From an uncultured Candidatus Rokubacteria bacterium (GTDB lineage Bacteria > Methylomirabilota > Methylomirabilia > Rokubacteriales > DASRDR01), in contig CAVPSB010000032.1 in assembly GCA_963708025.1 (NCBI GenBank), positions 32,001 through 96,000 of the forward strand: a stretch of 64,000 bases of DNA, read 5' to 3'. The position numbers and the translations under genes were made by a program. How positions within the stretch are numbered: position 1 is the first letter of the stretch; every line of letters begins with the position of its first letter. The notes beneath the pieces are model-generated. The model saw nothing but the letters and a program-made list of their open reading frames with translations, did not search any database and had not been told where the DNA came from. Shown piece by piece: positions 48,382 to 59,129 of this stretch.

Positions 48382-49053
48382 ATGGCTGGAACGATGGTGG
48401 AGTTCCCGGCGAACGGCACGACCACGGCGGGGTACCTGGCCACGCCCGCCACCGGGAAGGGTCCCGGCGTGCTCGTCATCCAGGAGTGGTGGGGGCTGGT
48501 CGGCCACATCAAGAGCGTGTGCGACCGCTTCGCCGCCGAGGGCTTCAGCGCGCTGGCGCCGGACATGTATCACGGCCAGACGGCCAGCGAGCCCGACGGG
48601 GCGGGCAAGCTCTTCATGGCGCTCAACATCGGCCAGGCTGAGAAGGACCTGAGGGGCGCGGCGAGGTACCTCGCCCAGCACTCCTCGACCGCCAAGCTGG
48701 GCGCGGTCGGCTTCTGCATGGGCGGGCAGCTCGCGCTCTTCGCCGCCACCCTCAACCCGTCGATCGGGGCCTGCGTGAACTTCTACGGGATCCACCCCAA
48801 CGTCAAGCCGGACTACGCCAGGCTGGCCGGCCCGGTCCTCGGGCTCTATGCCGAGAAGGACGGGTTCGTGACGCCCCAGGTGGCCCGGGACGTGGACGCG
48901 GCGATCAGGAAGGCCGGCAAGCAGTCGGAGATCCACGTCTATCCCGGGGTGGACCACGCCTTCTTCAACGACGAGCGCGCCGACGTCTACGACCGGGCGG
49001 CGGCCGACGACGCGTGGCGGCGGACGCTGGCCTTCTTCCGCCAGCATCTGTAA
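48382..49053 (+). CDS. Dienelactone hydrolase family protein
   Basis: QEWWGL, GFCMGG, HAFFND. Confidence 0.94.
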   Translation: MAGTMVEFPANGTTTAGYLATPATGKGPGVLVIQEWWGLVGHIKSVCDRFAAEGFSALAPDMYHGQTASEPDGAGKLFMALNIGQAEKDLRGAARYLAQHSSTAKLGAVGFCMGGQLALFAATLNPSIGACVNFYGIHPNVKPDYARLAGPVLGLYAEKDGFVTPQVARDVDAAIRKAGKQSEIHVYPGVDHAFFNDERADVYDRAAADDAWRRTLAFFRQHL

Positions 49054-49054
49054 A

Positions 49055-49133
49055 GGGGTCAGGCCTTTCATTCTTGACAATCCAGCGCGGCCGCATCGCC
49101 GCCCCAGATTGATAAGAATGGAAGGCCTGACCC
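49055..49133. repeat. Inverted-repeat element (family 3), copy 2; between convergent genes
   Basis: GGGTCAGGCCTTTCATTCTT...AAGAATGGAAGGCCTGACCC fills the gap between two stop codons. Confidence 0.85.
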
Positions 49134-49597
49134 TAGCCGGCGCCGGCGGCGGCCGCCACCTTCCGCTGCTTCTTGGCTTCCTTGCCCCTCGGCTCGGCGG
49201 CCTTCCCCTTGCCCTTGTCCTTCTTCTCCTTCGGAGCTTCCGGCCGATCCACGAATTCCAGGATGGCCATCGGGGCGCCGTCACCGTGCCGGTTCCCGGT
49301 CTGGATGATCCGCGTGTAACCACCCCGCCGGTCCGCGTACCGCGCGGCCACGGAATCGAAGAGCTTCCGGACCGCCACCACGTCGGCGACGAGCTGCAGG
49401 GCCTGGCGTCGCGCGTGGAGGTTCTCGCGCTTGGAGAGCGTCACCAGGTGGTCGGCCAGCGGTCGCAGCGCCTTGGCCTTGGCCACGGTGGTGGTGATCC
49501 GCTCGTGCTGCACGAGCGAGGTGAGCTGGTTCCGGAACAGCGCCCAGCGGTGGGCGGTGACCCGGCCGAGCTTGGTGCCGGCTTTCCGGTGTCTCAT
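49133..49597 (-). CDS. rplQ: 50S ribosomal protein L17
   Basis: MRHRK..KLGR..HR, RITTT..KAK, GGYTRI. Confidence 0.97.
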   Translation of the reverse strand: MRHRKAGTKLGRVTAHRWALFRNQLTSLVQHERITTTVAKAKALRPLADHLVTLSKRENLHARRQALQLVADVVAVRKLFDSVAARYADRRGGYTRIIQTGNRHGDGAPMAILEFVDRPEAPKEKKDKGKGKAAEPRGKEAKKQRKVAAAAGAG

Positions 49598-50343
49598 GAC
49601 GATGCCTTGGCCTCGCCGGGCACCACCCGCTCGACGGGCGTCTCCTCGTCCTCCTCCTCGGCGCCGGCCGGGGTGAAGAGGTCGAAGTGGTCCCGCAGGA
49701 GCCGGGAGGCCCGGAGGAGCGACTGGTCCGGCGTGATGGTGCCGTTGGTCCAAACCTCGACCACGAGCTTCTCGTAGTCGGTGATCTTCCCCAGCCGGGA
49801 CATCTCGACCGTGTAGTTGACGCGCTGGATGGGGGAGAACGCCGAATCCACGGCGATGGCGCCGGCCGGTGCGGCCTCCGCGTGGCCATCCGCCGACACG
49901 TAGCCGCGGCCGATCCGGATTCCCAGCTCGAGGGTGATCTGGCTCCCCGCCTCCACGGCGAAGAGCGGCAGGTCCGGGTTGATCACCTCGACGCCCATCC
50001 CGCCCAGCTCGCCGGCGGTGACGGTCTTCGGGCCCCTCACCTCGAGCCGGGCGGTGGCCGGCTTGTCCTCGGCGACCCGCACGACGATCTTCTTGACGTT
50101 GAGGAGCAGCGAGGCGAGGTCTTCCTGGACGCCCTTCACGCGGCTGTCGTTGGCCGACACCCCCGGGAACTTCGCCCACACCACCGCGGCCCCCGGAATG
50201 ACGGACAGCAGCACCCGCCGCAGCGAGTTCCCCACCGTCAGCGCGTACCCCTTCTCGAACGGCTCGGCGACCATCCGGCCGAACCGGGGGCCGAGATCCT
50301 CCCACTCGATCCGCCGTGGTCGCTGGAACATCAATCGAGGCAT
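49594..50343 (-). CDS. rpoA: RNA polymerase alpha subunit, NTD only (249 aa)
   Basis: EPFEKG..GNSLRRVLLS, GVQED, GRGYV, DSAFSP, WTNGTI; position between rpsD and rplQ. Confidence 0.93.
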   Translation of the reverse strand: MPRLMFQRPRRIEWEDLGPRFGRMVAEPFEKGYALTVGNSLRRVLLSVIPGAAVVWAKFPGVSANDSRVKGVQEDLASLLLNVKKIVVRVAEDKPATARLEVRGPKTVTAGELGGMGVEVINPDLPLFAVEAGSQITLELGIRIGRGYVSADGHAEAAPAGAIAVDSAFSPIQRVNYTVEMSRLGKITDYEKLVVEVWTNGTITPDQSLLRASRLLRDHFDLFTPAGAEEEDEETPVERVVPGEAKASS

Positions 50344-50353
50344 CGGACCACCC

Positions 50354-50977
50354 CTACTTCGAGTACAGCTCGACGATGAGCTGCTCCTGCACCGGGATCT
50401 GGATGTCGTCGCGGAGCGGCAGGCTTCGCACCACCGCCCGCTTCTCGGCCGGCGCCAGCTCCATCCACTGGGGCACCTGGCCCCGGCCGGCCGACAGGTT
50501 CTCGGCCACGCGCTCCTGGAGGCTCGAGCTCGGCCGGAGCTGGACCTGGTCGCCGACCTTGATGAGGAACGAGGGCAGCGACACCTTGCGCCCGTTCACC
50601 TGGATGTGGCCGTGGCGGACGATCTGTCGCGACTCGGCTCGGGAGGCGCCGAAGCCCAGCCGGAAGACGACGTTGTCGAGCCGCCGCTCGAGGAGGCGCA
50701 GCAGGTTCTCGCCGGTCACGCCGCGCTCGCGCTCCGCCCGCTCGAAGTAGCGGCGGAACTGGCCCTCGAGCAGCCCGTAGATGCGCTTGGCCTTCTGCTT
50801 CTCCCGGAGCTGCTCGCCGTAAGCCGACCGCTTGGAGCGGCCCAGGCCGTGCTGGCCGGGCGGATAGTTCCGCCGCTCGATCGCGCACTTCTCCGTGAAG
50901 CAGCGCGATCCCTTCAAGAAGAGCTTCAGACCTTCCCGCCGGCACAGCCGGCACACCGACCCTGTATACCTAGCCAA
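50354..50977 (-). CDS. rpsD: 30S ribosomal protein S4 (Zn-binding type)
   Basis: TTG start; ARY..CRLCRRE, PGQHG, LERRLDN. Confidence 0.97.
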   Translation of the reverse strand: MARYTGSVCRLCRREGLKLFLKGSRCFTEKCAIERRNYPPGQHGLGRSKRSAYGEQLREKQKAKRIYGLLEGQFRRYFERAERERGVTGENLLRLLERRLDNVVFRLGFGASRAESRQIVRHGHIQVNGRKVSLPSFLIKVGDQVQLRPSSSLQERVAENLSAGRGQVPQWMELAPAEKRAVVRSLPLRDDIQIPVQEQLIVELYSK

Positions 50978-51014
50978 AATAGATCCTCCTGAACATCGCG
51001 ATAACTTGCGGGCT

Positions 51015-51220
51015 GCGCCGGGCCGAGAACCGAGCAGCCCCCTCAGGCCGAAGGTTGTCCGCTGGACGCAGGCCCGCGCCCCCTGGTACACCGAGGATGG
51101 GCGCGGGCCGAGGACGACCATAGGCCGGGACGGCCGCCCTGAGGCCGAAGGCCGTCCGAAAAGCGCAGGCCGAGCGCGTCCCGGCCGAGATGGAACTCGC
51201 GAAGGTTATCGGCACGGCGC
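51015..51220 (+). repeat. Family 1 repeat, copy C
   Basis: Ends GCGCCGGGCCGAGAAC / GTTATCGGCACGGCGC are imperfect inverted repeats. Confidence 0.9.
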
Positions 51221-51636
51221 TACACCCTGCGTCGCTTCGGGGGTCGGCAGCCGTCGTGCGGGATCGGCGTGACGTCGCGGATCGACGTGATCTCGAGGCC
51301 GACGGCCTGCAGGGACCGGATCGCCGCCTCGCGGCCCGCGCCCGGCCCCTTCACGAACACCTCGACCTGCTTGAGGCCGATCTCCATCGCCTTGCGGGCC
51401 GCGTTCTCCGCCGCCATCTGGGCGGCGAAGGGCGTGCTCTTGCGCGAGCCCTTGAAGCCCACGCTCCCGGCGCTGGCCCAGGTCACGACCCCCCCCATCT
51501 TGTCGGTGATCGTCACGATCGTGTTGTTGAAGGTGGCCTGCACGTGAGCGATCCCCGTGCGGACCTCCTTCCGCTCCTTCTTCTTGCCGCCCTTCTTCCG
51601 CGGCTTGCCTGCTGACGGTGTCGGCTGCTCGGCCAT
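51220..51636 (-). CDS. rpsK: 30S ribosomal protein S11
   Basis: [25 protein letters not shown]. Confidence 0.98.
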   Translation of the reverse strand: MAEQPTPSAGKPRKKGGKKKERKEVRTGIAHVQATFNNTIVTITDKMGGVVTWASAGSVGFKGSRKSTPFAAQMAAENAARKAMEIGLKQVEVFVKGPGAGREAAIRSLQAVGLEITSIRDVTPIPHDGCRPPKRRRV

Positions 51637-51684
51637 GTCTTCCTGCCTTCCTATGAACTGGATGCGACGGTTATCGGCACCGCG

Positions 51685-52086
51685 TCACGACTTGCCGGTC
51701 GTCGGGTTCTTCGACGTCGCCTTTCGCCGGATACCGACACCGCGGCGGGGCCCCTTGCGGGTCCGGGCGTTCGTATGCGTGCGCTGCCCCCGCACCGGCA
51801 ACCCCTTGCGGTGCCGGATTCCGCGATAGGAGCTGATGTCCATCAGGCGCTTGATGTTCATCGAGACCTCGCGGCGGAGGTCCCCCTCGACCCGATACTC
51901 GCGCTCGATGATCTCGCGAAGCCGCCCCACCTCGTCGTCGGACCACTCCTTCACCCGCCGGTTCAGGTCGATCGCGGCCGTGCCGAGGATCCGGCGGGCC
52001 GAGGACCGCCCCAGACCGTAGATGTAGGTGAGCGCCACCTCGCCCCGCTTGTCCCGCGGCAGATCGACACCGGCGATTCGTGCCAT
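51685..52086 (-). CDS. rpsM: 30S ribosomal protein S13
   Basis: [19 protein letters not shown]. Confidence 0.98.
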   Translation of the reverse strand: MARIAGVDLPRDKRGEVALTYIYGLGRSSARRILGTAAIDLNRRVKEWSDDEVGRLREIIEREYRVEGDLRREVSMNIKRLMDISSYRGIRHRKGLPVRGQRTHTNARTRKGPRRGVGIRRKATSKNPTTGKS

Positions 52087-52106
52087 GCTGGTTCTCCTAA
52101 TTGTTC

Positions 52107-52188
52107 ATCTTGGCCGCGACGCTCACGGCCTGCGGACCGATCGGACGGCATTCGGCGGACCGATTGGACGGCCTTCGGCCTTTGGGGA
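52107..52188 (-). repeat. Family 1 repeat, partial inverted copy
   Basis: Reverse complement AGGCCGAAGGCCGTCC..CGCAGGCCG..GCGTC.CGGCC.AGATG. Confidence 0.7.
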
Positions 52189-52202
52189 CCGTCGCGACCT
52201 AC

Positions 52203-52316
52203 TCATCCTTGCCGTTGCTTGTGGCGCGGGTTCGTGCAGATGATCCGCACCACGCCCTTCCGGCGGATCACCTTGCACTTCTCGCACCGCGCCTTGATCG
52301 ATGGACGGACTTTCAT
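52203..52316 (-). CDS. rpmJ: 50S ribosomal protein L36
   Basis: Manual translation [37 protein letters not shown]. Confidence 0.97.
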   Translation of the reverse strand: MKVRPSIKARCEKCKVIRRKGVVRIICTNPRHKQRQG

Positions 52317-52332
52317 GACTCGTCGATCTCCA

Positions 52333-52572
52333 CTACTTGAACCGATACGTGATCCGGCCCCGCGTCAGATCGTAGGCGGACAGCTCGACCTTCACCCGAT
52401 CGCCGGGCAGGATCCGGATGAAGTTCATCCGCATCTTGCCGGAGACGTGGGCCAGCACCCGGTGACCGTTCTCCAGCTCGACTCGGAACATCGCGTTGGG
52501 CAAGGGCTCGACCACCGTCCCCTCGACCTCGATCGCGTCGTCCTTCGGCTTCTTCGGCTGCCGATCTTCCAT
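52333..52572 (-). CDS. infA: Translation initiation factor IF-1
   Basis: [26 protein letters not shown]. Confidence 0.97.
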   Translation of the reverse strand: MEDRQPKKPKDDAIEVEGTVVEPLPNAMFRVELENGHRVLAHVSGKMRMNFIRILPGDRVKVELSAYDLTRGRITYRFK

Positions 52573-52592
52573 CTGGCCCCGTCTGCGTCCCA

Positions 52593-53348
52593 TCAGGCAG
52601 CCTCCCGTGTCAGAACGTCGGGTCCGGACTCCGTCACCGCCACCGTGTCCTCGAAATGGGCCGCCAGGCTGCCGTCCTCGGTGACGGCCGTCCAGCGGTC
52701 GGCCAGCACCCGCACGCCCCAGTGCCCCATCGTCACCATCGGCTCGATCGCCAACACCATGCCGGATCGCAGGATGGGGCCCTTGCCGGGCTCGCCGAAG
52801 TTCGGGATCTGGGGATCCTCGTGGAGGGCGCGCCCGATGCCGTGACCGACGAAGGCCCGCACGACACCGAGCCCGGCGGCCTCCACGTGCCGCTGCACCG
52901 CGGCCGAGACGTCGCCGAGCCGCTGGCCGGGGCGGACCTGGGCAATGGCCAGGTCCAGCGACTCCCGCGTCACCTCGAGCAGCCGCTGGACGTCCGGCGG
53001 CACCTCGCCGACCGGCAGCGTGACGGCGGCGTCCGCGTAGTAGCCGTCCACGATCGCGCCGAGGTCGAGCCCCACGATGTCCCCCTCCTTCAACCGCCGG
53101 TGGGCGGCCGGGATCCCGTGGACCACCTCCTCGTTGATCGACGCGCAGATCGTCGCGGGGAACCCCCGATAGCCCTTGAACGCCGGCTTCGCTCCCGCTT
53201 GCCGGATGAGGCCCTCCACCTCGGCGTCGATCTCCAGGGTCGACACACCGGGCTTCGTCATCTCCCGGCAGAGCCGGAGGGCCGCCACCAGCACCTGGCC
53301 GGCCTCCCGCATGCGGGCGAGCTCCTGGGCCGACTTCCGCTCGATCAT
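52593..53348 (-). CDS. map: Methionine aminopeptidase type I
   Basis: [31 protein letters not shown]. Confidence 0.97.
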   Translation of the reverse strand: MIERKSAQELARMREAGQVLVAALRLCREMTKPGVSTLEIDAEVEGLIRQAGAKPAFKGYRGFPATICASINEEVVHGIPAAHRRLKEGDIVGLDLGAIVDGYYADAAVTLPVGEVPPDVQRLLEVTRESLDLAIAQVRPGQRLGDVSAAVQRHVEAAGLGVVRAFVGHGIGRALHEDPQIPNFGEPGKGPILRSGMVLAIEPMVTMGHWGVRVLADRWTAVTEDGSLAAHFEDTVAVTESGPDVLTREAA

Positions 53349-53995
53349 CGCCCGCGCTCCGTCGCCCGCAGCATGCCCTCGAACACGTGGTCGACCGGGC
53401 CCTCCCCGGTGATCTCCTCCAGCAACCCGAGGCCCCGGTAGTGCTCCACGACCGGCCGGGTGTCCTGCTCGTAGACCGACAGGCGCCGCCGGACGGTGGC
53501 CTCCTCGTCGTCGCTCCGCTGGTGGAGCGGCCCCCCGCAGGTATCGCAGATCCCGGGCTTCGCCGGCGCCGAGGACGCCAGGTGGTAGTTCCGCCCGCAC
53601 TGCCCGCAGACCCGCCGACCGGTGATCCGCCGCAACAGCTCGGCCTCCGGCGTGCGGAACAGCACCACGCGGTCCAGCCCCAGGCCCCGCTCCTCCAGGA
53701 GGCGATCCAGCGCCTCGGCCTGGGGCAATGTCCGCGGGAACCCGTCCAGGACGAAGCCCTTGCGGGCTCCGGGCCGGGCCAGGGCCTCGCCGACGAGGCC
53801 GATGATCACGGTGTCCGGCACCAGCCCCCCGGAGTCCATGTAGGACTTGGCCTGGCGTCCCAGCTCGGTCCCGGCCGCCACCGCCTCCCGGAGCATGTCG
53901 CCGGTCGAGATCTGGGGCACGCCCCAGCGGGCGGCCGCCCGCCGCGCCTGGGTGCCCTTGCCGGCTCCCGGGGGCCCGAGGAAGATCACGCGCAT
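53345..53995 (-). CDS. adk: Adenylate kinase (Zn LID)
   Basis: [33 protein letters not shown]. Confidence 0.97.
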   Translation of the reverse strand: MRVIFLGPPGAGKGTQARRAAARWGVPQISTGDMLREAVAAGTELGRQAKSYMDSGGLVPDTVIIGLVGEALARPGARKGFVLDGFPRTLPQAEALDRLLEERGLGLDRVVLFRTPEAELLRRITGRRVCGQCGRNYHLASSAPAKPGICDTCGGPLHQRSDDEEATVRRRLSVYEQDTRPVVEHYRGLGLLEEITGEGPVDHVFEGMLRATERGR

Positions 53996-54003
53996 CGGCG
54001 TTT

Positions 54004-54223
54004 GACCAGGGCCGAGCCCCGAGCACCGGCCAAAGGCCGAAGGCCGTCCGAAGGACGCAGGGAGGAGGCGTCCCCAAGCGTATGCCGCATACGTTGAGGG
54101 GCGCCGACGACCCCCGAGGTCGGGACGGACGCCCACAGGCCGAAGGCCGTCCGATCGCCACAGGCCGAGCGCGTCCCGGTCGGGATGGAGGACGACCCGG
54201 AGCGACGGGTATCGTCCCTGGTC
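54004..54223 (+). repeat. Family 1 repeat, copy D
   Basis: Ends GACCAGGGCCGA / TCGTCCCTGGTC; internal GCGTATG-CCG-CATACGT hairpin; two AGGCCGAAGGCCGTCC cores. Confidence 0.88.
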
Positions 54224-55547
54224 ATGCCCGGACTTTCTGCCGTCGCCGGAGGAAGCCCTCGTAGTGGCGCATGAGCAGATGGGACTCCATCTGCCGCACC
54301 GTGTCGAGGGCCACGCCGACCACGATCAGGAGGCTGGTACCGCCGAAGTAGAACGGGACGCTGAACGAGCGGATCAGGAAGTCTGGCAGCACCGAGATGA
54401 GGGCCAGGAAGACGGCGCCCGGCAGCGTGATGCGGGTCAGCGTTCGGTCGATGAACTCCGCGGTCTTCTTCCCCGGCCGCACCCCCGGGATGAACCCCCC
54501 GTACTTCTTCATGTTGTCGGCCAGGTCGTTCGGATTGAACACGATGGCCGTGTAGAAGTACGTGAAGAAGACGATGAAGCCCATGTAGAGGAGGTAGTAG
54601 AGCCCGTGGCGGGGCAGCGGCCCCGGCGACAGCGCGTCCGAGATCGCCTGCATCCACCAGGTGGGGACGAACCGGGCCAGTGTCGCCGGGAACAGGATGA
54701 TCGACGAGGCGAAGATGACCGGAATGACGCCGGCCGTGTTGATCCGGAGCGGGATGTGGGTCGACTGCCCGCCGTACACCCGCCGGCCGACCACGCGCTT
54801 GGCGTACTGGACCGGGATCTTCCGCTGCCCCTCCTGCATGATCACGACCGCCGCGGTGACGGCGACCATCAGGAGGAGGACGCCGAGCAGGACGAACAGG
54901 CTCAGCTCGCCGGTGGACAGGAGCGTGTAGGTGGCGACCAGCGCCGAGGGAATTCGGACGACGATCCCCGCGAAGATGATGAGCGAGATCCCGTTGCCGA
55001 TCCCCTTTTCCGAGATCTGCTCGCCGAGCCACATGATCAGCGCCGTCCCCGCGGTCAGCGTCATCATCGTGAGGAGGCGGAAGCCCCAGCCCGGGTTGGG
55101 CACCAGGATCCCGCCCGACGGGTCGTTCATGCTCTCCAGCCCGATGGCGATGAAGAGCGACTGGAACGCCGAGAGCACGATCGTCCCGTAGCGGGTGTAC
55201 TGGGTGATCTTCTTCCGCCCGGCCTCCCCTTCCTTGGCCAGCCGCTCGAGCGCCGGGACGACGACCGTGAGGAGCTGCAGGATGATCGACGCCGAGATGT
55301 ACGGCATGATCCCGAGCGCGAAGACCGTCAGCCGGCGGAGGTTCCCGCCCGAGAAGAGATCGACCAGCCCCAGCAGCGTGCCCTGGACCGAGTCGAAGAA
55401 CCGCGACAGCGCCTCGCCGTCGACACCCGGGGTGGGCACGTGCGCGCCCAGCCGGTAGGCCGCCAGCAGCCCGAAGGTCACCAGCAGCCGGCGCTTCAGC
55501 TCCGGGATCTTGGTGACGTTCTGGAGGTTCTGCAGGACCTCGATCAC
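54222..55547 (-). CDS. secY: Preprotein translocase SecY
   Basis: FALGIMPYISASII, GIGNGISL, FIPGVRPG, FGGTSLLI. Confidence 0.98.
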   Translation of the reverse strand: MIEVLQNLQNVTKIPELKRRLLVTFGLLAAYRLGAHVPTPGVDGEALSRFFDSVQGTLLGLVDLFSGGNLRRLTVFALGIMPYISASIILQLLTVVVPALERLAKEGEAGRKKITQYTRYGTIVLSAFQSLFIAIGLESMNDPSGGILVPNPGWGFRLLTMMTLTAGTALIMWLGEQISEKGIGNGISLIIFAGIVVRIPSALVATYTLLSTGELSLFVLLGVLLLMVAVTAAVVIMQEGQRKIPVQYAKRVVGRRVYGGQSTHIPLRINTAGVIPVIFASSIILFPATLARFVPTWWMQAISDALSPGPLPRHGLYYLLYMGFIVFFTYFYTAIVFNPNDLADNMKKYGGFIPGVRPGKKTAEFIDRTLTRITLPGAVFLALISVLPDFLIRSFSVPFYFGGTSLLIVVGVALDTVRQMESHLLMRHYEGFLRRRQKVRA

Positions 55548-56002
55548 GCCGAGACCACCTCGGCCCGCCCGCCGGTCGCCTGGATCTTGTCGGCGGCGGC
55601 CTTCGAGAAGGCATGGGCGTGGACCACGAACGCGTGACCAGCGGGCAACTGGCCCTCGGCCAGCACCTTGACCAGAGGGTCCTGGCCCGGCTTGATCAGC
55701 CCCCCCGTCGCCAGCGCCTCCAGCGTCACCTCGCCACCGGCCGGGAACACTCGCGCCAGGTCTCGCAGGTTCACGGGGGTGAACTCCCGGCGGGCCGGGT
55801 TGTGGAAGCCGCGCTTGGGAATCCGGCGGTAGAGCGGCATCTGGCCGCCCTCGAACCCGCCCCGCTTCCCGCCGCCCGAGCGCGCCTTGTGCCCCTTGTG
55901 GCCGCGGGTCGAGGTCTTCCCGTGACCCGAGCCGGGACCGCGGCCGATGCGCTTCCGCTTCTTCCGGGAGCCGGCGGCCGGCCGGAGGTCGCCCAGGTTC
56001 AT
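55544..56002 (-). CDS. rplO: 50S ribosomal protein L15
   Basis: RIGRGPGSGHGKT, FEGGQMPL. Confidence 0.97.
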   Translation of the reverse strand: MNLGDLRPAAGSRKKRKRIGRGPGSGHGKTSTRGHKGHKARSGGGKRGGFEGGQMPLYRRIPKRGFHNPARREFTPVNLRDLARVFPAGGEVTLEALATGGLIKPGQDPLVKVLAEGQLPAGHAFVVHAHAFSKAAADKIQATGGRAEVVSA

Positions 56003-56187
56003 GCCGATGTCTCCTCTTCGACGCGCACCGCGTACGGAACGCGGGCCACCATCCCTCGGATCGACGGCGTGTCGTCGTGCTCGACCGTCGCCCGGATCTT
56101 CCGGAGGCCCAGGGCCTGGAGCGTCTTCACGTGATTGGGCTTGAGCCCGATCAGGCTCCGCAGGAGCGTGATCTTCAATCTGCTCAC
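55999..56187 (-). CDS. rpmD: 50S ribosomal protein L30
   Basis: LKITLLRSLIG..LGLRK..IRGM; GTG start chosen. Confidence 0.93.
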   Translation of the reverse strand: MSRLKITLLRSLIGLKPNHVKTLQALGLRKIRATVEHDDTPSIRGMVARVPYAVRVEEETSA

Positions 56188-56248
56188 GGCGGCTCCGGCC
56201 TGCGGATCCTTCGACGGCCTTCGGCCATTGGGCGACGCCGCTCCTTTC

Positions 56249-56779
56249 TTAGGCTTCTTGCTTGGCAAGGACCGCCTCCTCCCCCTCCTGCAGCGGCTTG
56301 CGACGGAGCGTGTGGAGGTCCTGCAGCCTCCGCATTCGCTGGAGCGCGTCGATCGTGGCCTTCAGCACGTTGTGCGGATTGTGCGAGCCGATCGTCTTGG
56401 TCAGGACGTCCTGCACGCCCGCCGCCTCCAGGACCGCCCGCACCGAGCCGCCCGCGATCAGCCCCGTCCCCTGCGACGCCGGCTTGAGGAACACCCGCCC
56501 GGACCCGTACCGGCCGGTGATCTCGCACGGCACCGTGGTGTCACGGAGCGGGACGAGGATCAGCTCCTTCTTGGCGTGCTCGACCGCCTTCCGGATCGCC
56601 TCCGGGACCTCCTTCGCTTTGCCGAGCCCGATCCCGACGTGGCCGCCTCCATCGCCCACGACGACCAGCGCGGTGAAGGAGAAGCGCCGGCCTCCCTTCA
56701 CCACCTTGGCCACTCGGTTGATGGCCACCACCCGGTCCTTCAGCTCGAGCGAGCCCGGATCTATGCGCGCTTCGGCCAT
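56249..56779 (-). CDS. rpsE: 30S ribosomal protein S5
   Basis: [23 protein letters not shown]. Confidence 0.98.
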   Translation of the reverse strand: MAEARIDPGSLELKDRVVAINRVAKVVKGGRRFSFTALVVVGDGGGHVGIGLGKAKEVPEAIRKAVEHAKKELILVPLRDTTVPCEITGRYGSGRVFLKPASQGTGLIAGGSVRAVLEAAGVQDVLTKTIGSHNPHNVLKATIDALQRMRRLQDLHTLRRKPLQEGEEAVLAKQEA

Positions 56780-56793
56780 ATGCTCTCCAGTCC

Positions 56794-57159
56794 CTAGAAT
56801 GCCAGTCCCGCGGCCCTGGCCGCGTCCGCCAGTGCCTTCACCCGCCCGTGATACTTGTATCCGGCTCGGTCGAACACGACCACCCCGATCCCCTTCTCTT
56901 TGGCCTTCCGGGCGATCAGCTCCCCGACGGCCTTGGCCGCGGTGATGTTGCCCCCGGACGGAGACTGCCCGCGCAGCTCGGGAGAGAGACTCCCGGTCGT
57001 GATCAACGTGGCGCCGCGCTCGTCGTCCACGATCTGGGCGTAGATGTGCTTCAGGCTGCGGAACACCACCAGGCGCGGACGCCCGGTCGTTCCGCGGACC
57101 ACCTGCCGGATCCGCCGATGACGGACGGCCCGGCCCTCTTCTCGCGTCTTGACGCTCAT
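56794..57159 (-). CDS. rplR: 50S ribosomal protein L18
   Basis: [20 protein letters not shown]. Confidence 0.98.
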   Translation of the reverse strand: MSVKTREEGRAVRHRRIRQVVRGTTGRPRLVVFRSLKHIYAQIVDDERGATLITTGSLSPELRGQSPSGGNITAAKAVGELIARKAKEKGIGVVVFDRAGYKYHGRVKALADAARAAGLAF

Positions 57160-57175
57160 CGTCGATGTTCCTCGG

Positions 57176-57715
57176 TTACTTCGCCCCGGTCTTGCCCACC
57201 TTCTTGCGGACCACCTCGTCGGAGTAGCGGACGCCCTTGCCCTTGTAGGAGTCCGGTGGGCGCAGCGCGCGGATCTGGGCCGCCGTCTGCCCCACCAGGT
57301 GCTTGTCCACGCCCCGCAGGGTGATCAGCGTCTGCTTGTCCAGCTCGGCCTGCACCCCCTCCGGCAACGGGAACACGATCGGGTGCGAGTAGCCCAGGCT
57401 GAACGTCAGGGCCCGGCCGGCGAGCTGGGCCCGGTAGCCGATGCCGACGATCTCCAGCTTGCGCTCGAAGCCGTCCGTCACGCCCCGGACCATGTTCGCC
57501 ACCAGGGCCCGGGTCAGCCCGTGGAGCGCCTTGGCCGTCCGGTGGTCGCCGGCCCGGTGCACGACGATGGTCCCGTCGGACACCTGCACCGAGCAGAGCG
57601 CGTGGACGGTGAGCGCGAGCTTCCCCTTGGGTCCCTGGACCTCGACGTGGTCGCCCGTGACGGCGACCTGCACACCCTTCGGAATCGCGATCGGCTTCTT
57701 CCCTATCCTCGACAT
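57176..57715 (-). CDS. rplF: 50S ribosomal protein L6
   Basis: [22 protein letters not shown]. Confidence 0.98.
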   Translation of the reverse strand: MSRIGKKPIAIPKGVQVAVTGDHVEVQGPKGKLALTVHALCSVQVSDGTIVVHRAGDHRTAKALHGLTRALVANMVRGVTDGFERKLEIVGIGYRAQLAGRALTFSLGYSHPIVFPLPEGVQAELDKQTLITLRGVDKHLVGQTAAQIRALRPPDSYKGKGVRYSDEVVRKKVGKTGAK

Positions 57716-57734
57716 GGCGGTCGTCTCCAGCCCA

Positions 57735-58136
57735 TCACCAGACGAAACAGAGCACCTCACCGCCGATCCGCTGGCGCCGGGCTTCCCGGTCGGGCAGCAC
57801 CCCGCGCGGCGTTGACAGGACGGCCACTCCCATCCCGCCCAGGACGCTCGGGATCTTGTCGGCGGCAACGTAGCGCCGGCGGCCCGGCTTCGACACCCGC
57901 CGCAGCCCGGTGATGACGCGCTCCTGGCCCGGGCCATACTTGAGATAGACTCGGAGGATCCCCTGCTTGCGGTCCTCGATGAGGCGGAAGTTCTTGATGA
58001 AGCCTTCCTCTTTCAAGAGCTCCGCGATGCGCACCTTCAGCTTCGACGAGGGGATGTCGACCTTCTCGTGCTCCGCCGTGCTGCCGTTGCGGATCCTCGT
58101 CAACATGTCCCCGATCGGGTCCGTCACCATCGCCAT
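57735..58136 (-). CDS. rpsH: 30S ribosomal protein S8
   Basis: [23 protein letters not shown]. Confidence 0.98.
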   Translation of the reverse strand: MAMVTDPIGDMLTRIRNGSTAEHEKVDIPSSKLKVRIAELLKEEGFIKNFRLIEDRKQGILRVYLKYGPGQERVITGLRRVSKPGRRRYVAADKIPSVLGGMGVAVLSTPRGVLPDREARRQRIGGEVLCFVW

Positions 58137-58158
58137 CAGTCGCTCCCTCCGTGGCGCC

Positions 58159-58344
58159 TCACCAGGAGGCCTTGACCACGCCCGGGACCTCGCCCCGGAG
58201 CGCCAGGGCGCGGAAACAAATCCGGCAGAGCTGGAACTTCCGGAGGTAGCCTCGCGGTCGTCCGCACAGCCGGCAGCGTGTGTACGCGCGGACTTTGAAC
58301 TTCGGCGTCCGCTGCTGCTTCATGATCAAGGACGTCTTGGCCAT
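58159..58344 (-). CDS. rpsN: 30S ribosomal protein S14, type Z (short, Zn-binding)
   Basis: RC..CGR, CRICFR, KASW. Confidence 0.97.
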   Translation of the reverse strand: MAKTSLIMKQQRTPKFKVRAYTRCRLCGRPRGYLRKFQLCRICFRALALRGEVPGVVKASW

Positions 58345-58347
58345 ACG

Positions 58348-59097
58348 CTACTCCCTGAACGGGACGCCGAGGTGCACCAGCAACGCCTTCGCCTCCTCGT
58401 CGCTCCGCGCCGTGGTGCACACGATCACGTCCATCCCGCGGACCTTGTCGATCTTGTCGTACAGGATCTCGGGAAAGATGACCTGCTCCCGGAGCCCGAG
58501 GGCGAAGTTTCCGCGCCCGTCGAAGGACTTCGGCGAGACGCCCCTGAAGTCCCGGACGCGGGGCAGCGCCGCGTTGACGAGGCGGTCCAGGAACTCGTAC
58601 ATGCGCGCCCCCCGGAGGGTCACCTTGGCCCCGATCGGCATCCCGCTCCGGAGCTTGAAGTTCGCGATCGACTTCTTGGCCTTCGTGACCACCGGCTTCT
58701 GTCCGGTGATGGCCTGGAGATCGGCGACCGCCGAGTCCAGGATCTTGACGTTGTCCCGCGCTTCCCCGAGCCCCATGTTGACGACGATCTTCTCGAGGCG
58801 CGGCACCTCGAGCGGGTTCCGGTAGCCCCGCTCCGTCATGAGCGCGGCGACGATCGCCGTGCGGAACCGCTCCCGGAGCCGGGGCGGGATCGTCCCCGTG
58901 CTCCGCGCGCGGGTCGGGGGCGCCTGCTCCTCGGGCTTCGTCTTCGCCGCCGCCTGGCCCTTGCCCCCCGGCTGGCCCTTGCCGGCGGCCTGGCCCTTGG
59001 CGCCCGGCGCCCCGGGCTTCCCGCCGGCAGGACCCCCCTTCCCGCCACCCGGCTTGGCCGGAGCGGGCGCCGCTTGAGGCTTCTCAGGCTTCGCCAT
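58348..59097 (-). CDS. rplE: 50S ribosomal protein L5 with long N-terminal extension
   Basis: [31 protein letters not shown]. Confidence 0.97.
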   Translation of the reverse strand: MAKPEKPQAAPAPAKPGGGKGGPAGGKPGAPGAKGQAAGKGQPGGKGQAAAKTKPEEQAPPTRARSTGTIPPRLRERFRTAIVAALMTERGYRNPLEVPRLEKIVVNMGLGEARDNVKILDSAVADLQAITGQKPVVTKAKKSIANFKLRSGMPIGAKVTLRGARMYEFLDRLVNAALPRVRDFRGVSPKSFDGRGNFALGLREQVIFPEILYDKIDKVRGMDVIVCTTARSDEEAKALLVHLGVPFRE

Positions 59098-59129
59098 GAT
59101 CTATGCTCCCGGGCCGGGGCGAGCCCCAG

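Noticed and set aside
56188-56268. N-terminally extended L30 (89 aa)
   Set aside because: Extension overlaps rpsE and includes the repeat core; GTG at 56187 gives a normal-length L30
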